Assembly: GCF_964355755.1 (NCBI RefSeq)
Contig: NC_092674.1
Location: forward strand, 16,802,001 to 16,866,000
DNA from: Antedon mediterranea
Lineage: Eukaryota; Animalia; Echinodermata
Direction: 5' to 3'
DNA length: 64,000 bases
In this document: positions 62,009 through 64,000 of the stretch, in pieces
Numbering within the stretch: position 1 is the first letter of the stretch
Layout of the letters: each line of letters opens with the position of its first letter
The notes under the pieces: generated by a model
The model's database searches: none
What the model saw: only the letters and a program-made list of their open reading frames with translations
What the model was told of the DNA's origin: nothing
Translations under genes and position numbers: made by a program

Positions 62009-63444
62009 CTACAGATGAAAATTATTTATTAATAAATTTCATTCTCTTTGTGGATACAAATGTTATGTTGAATGTACAAAACTACCTTTTATAAATTTTA
62101 AATAATGAGTAATAGTGTAAAATATTAGAATTAAAAGTTCTTTGATAAATGATAGCAAACAAAAAACATCATATTTATAATGAGATACAATAAAACAAAA
62201 TCTTCCAGTACAGGCAACAGCTGAGGAAGAGGTAATTACTAATTGTGTCAATAAGTTCCCCCGGACAGTTTGATATCTTGAAAGACTTTTTTCTGTTGTC
62301 TTGGTCAATTTATTCGGTTTATTAGGCTATTTCCTGGTTTATTTTACATCAAATTTTTCATTTTTATACTTGTGCTAAGCGCATAGAGACTATTTGTATT
62401 TTGCGCTATATAAATTTAAAACCATTAAACCATTTACCAGTAACCATAGTTTGACAACATATTATTATATTATTTGATATCAGAACAATTGCGAGATTTC
62501 CGATTTTTTGTTAATGCATAGGAAAATCTACTTGATCAGTTTTCACTGTTAACATACTACTGTAGGTATTGGTCACTTTATGTTCACTCTATTATTTGAG
62601 GAAACACTCATATTATAACAAAAAACAACATTTAAAATGTGTTAGTACTAGAAATTGCTTTTCGGTTTATTTACCAGTGGAGTTTCAACAAGTATAATCA
62701 TGAGAAGAACTGTTTGAAACGGGGCTGAAAGTTCGATACCCTATGTTTTCTCCAGATTTAAAAAATAATATTATATTGCAGGCTTGGTCAATTTTGTGTT
62801 TATACTTCATTGCAAGTATATAGAGAAAATCCTGGGTAGTGGTATGCAGAAGTGCCGTGGGGGTTGGGGGGAGGTGAAGGAAGATGGGTGCGAGTAGGTA
62901 TTTTCATAATTCCACGACCTGCTACACCCATCAAATTACATGCAGAATAATTAGGAATATAATTAAGGTTAGGAAACAAACAGATTTTAGAATCAGTAAT
63001 TCAAAATGCAATTTTGTTAGTTTTACATTGTTTAACAGAATTGATAGGTCTGAAACTGCTTGTTCAGTGGTGATTTTGTCTAAATCAAAAGTGGCGGGAT
63101 GGAAAATGTTAAAAAGTTGTTTAAAATTATTTAAGTTTAGCAGAATAGCTTTGGTGGTTGGAAATATAAAATAATCTATAAACAATATTAAAATTTTGTT
63201 AATCGTAGCCATAAAAGAAAAACTACAAGATGTCATGGTGGCGGTATAGAATTTATTCAACCTACAAATATTCTATTTCAAAAATCAGCCAATAAAAAAT
63301 TGAATAAAACAATTAATCTATTCTACTGGTTATCATTGATAAAAAAAGTTTTACATTGTTTACACAATTTATTAGGTCTCAAATAGCATTGTTCGGTGAT
63401 GATTTTGTCTAAATATCAAAAGTGGCGAGACAGAAAATAAAAAA

Positions 63445-63565
63445 GGGCAACACTAGCCCTTCTTCAGTACAAGCAAGAATACTTAGACAAGATTGATATT
63501 ATAAATCAGGCAATCGCTGCCTGAATGGACTGGAATAAAAGAAAGAAAAACAAAGGATGCACAGT
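63445..63565 (-). repeat. Penelope family A pseudo-LTR fragment with truncated hammerhead
   Basis: gggcaacactagcccttcttcagt..gctgcctg..ggaataaaagaaa similar to 5258-5350; lacks GAAA and the cleavage site. Confidence 0.65.
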
Positions 63566-64000
63566 TCATAGTTCATAATACTATTAAGGGGCCGTATCAA
63601 AATTATATTACGCCGTGTAACGCAGTTAATACAATGTTTAGAACGGATGTTCGTTTCTGCATAATCTTGTGGATTTCAGTAATTGCGTTAGCAAATTGAT
63701 TATTCATAAGTAAGCAAATGACTATTCATTCGCTTCGTTGATTTTTGGGGTTAATAAAAGCATTAAATAAAATATCCGGCCTACTTTGATTACATTCTAC
63801 TGTTACTATTATTTATACCATTGTTTACACGTTCAAAAACAAGCTGCACGCTCTCACTCGGACAGTGAGCAAACCCTGTCAACATCTAAATATAGTGCGA
63901 TAGTTGTTGACTATATAGGCTAGCAGGAATTGTGTACTCTTTCATTTTATTAAAATCATTAAATAAAATAATTACATAGCGATTGATGTTACACAAATAT

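Overview
AT-rich eukaryotic (metazoan) genomic DNA, probably an invertebrate deuterostome; the taxon is an inference from gene structure and a Deu-domain SINE. The whole window lies inside one minus-strand gene, an axonemal dynein heavy chain most similar to DNAH2. I traced 23 GT-AG exons (62008 down to 4266; 4396 nt, about 1465 codons, all phases compatible) covering AAA3, AAA4, the stalk/MTBD, AAA5 and the start of AAA6. Both ends of the gene lie outside the window. The introns are packed with mobile DNA: an apparently intact single-ORF CR1-group LINE with a 7-bp TSD, a frameshifted Penelope-like element (RT+GIY-YIG), a decayed spliced hAT transposase, a decayed Academ element, an R4/Dong relic, Helitron- and Helentron-type non-autonomous elements, a MULE-type MITE carrying a 34-bp x9 array, a 4.5-kb foldback element, and several SINEs. 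The most notable non-coding signal is a set of at least eight minimal type-I hammerhead ribozyme motifs from five sequence families. These include a tandem pair 13 nt apart, a U3-A8 core variant and four copies in the sense of the dynein pre-mRNA. There is also a cleanly folding tRNA-like gene with an atypical ATC anticodon. All calls were made by eye; no searches or folding programs were run.
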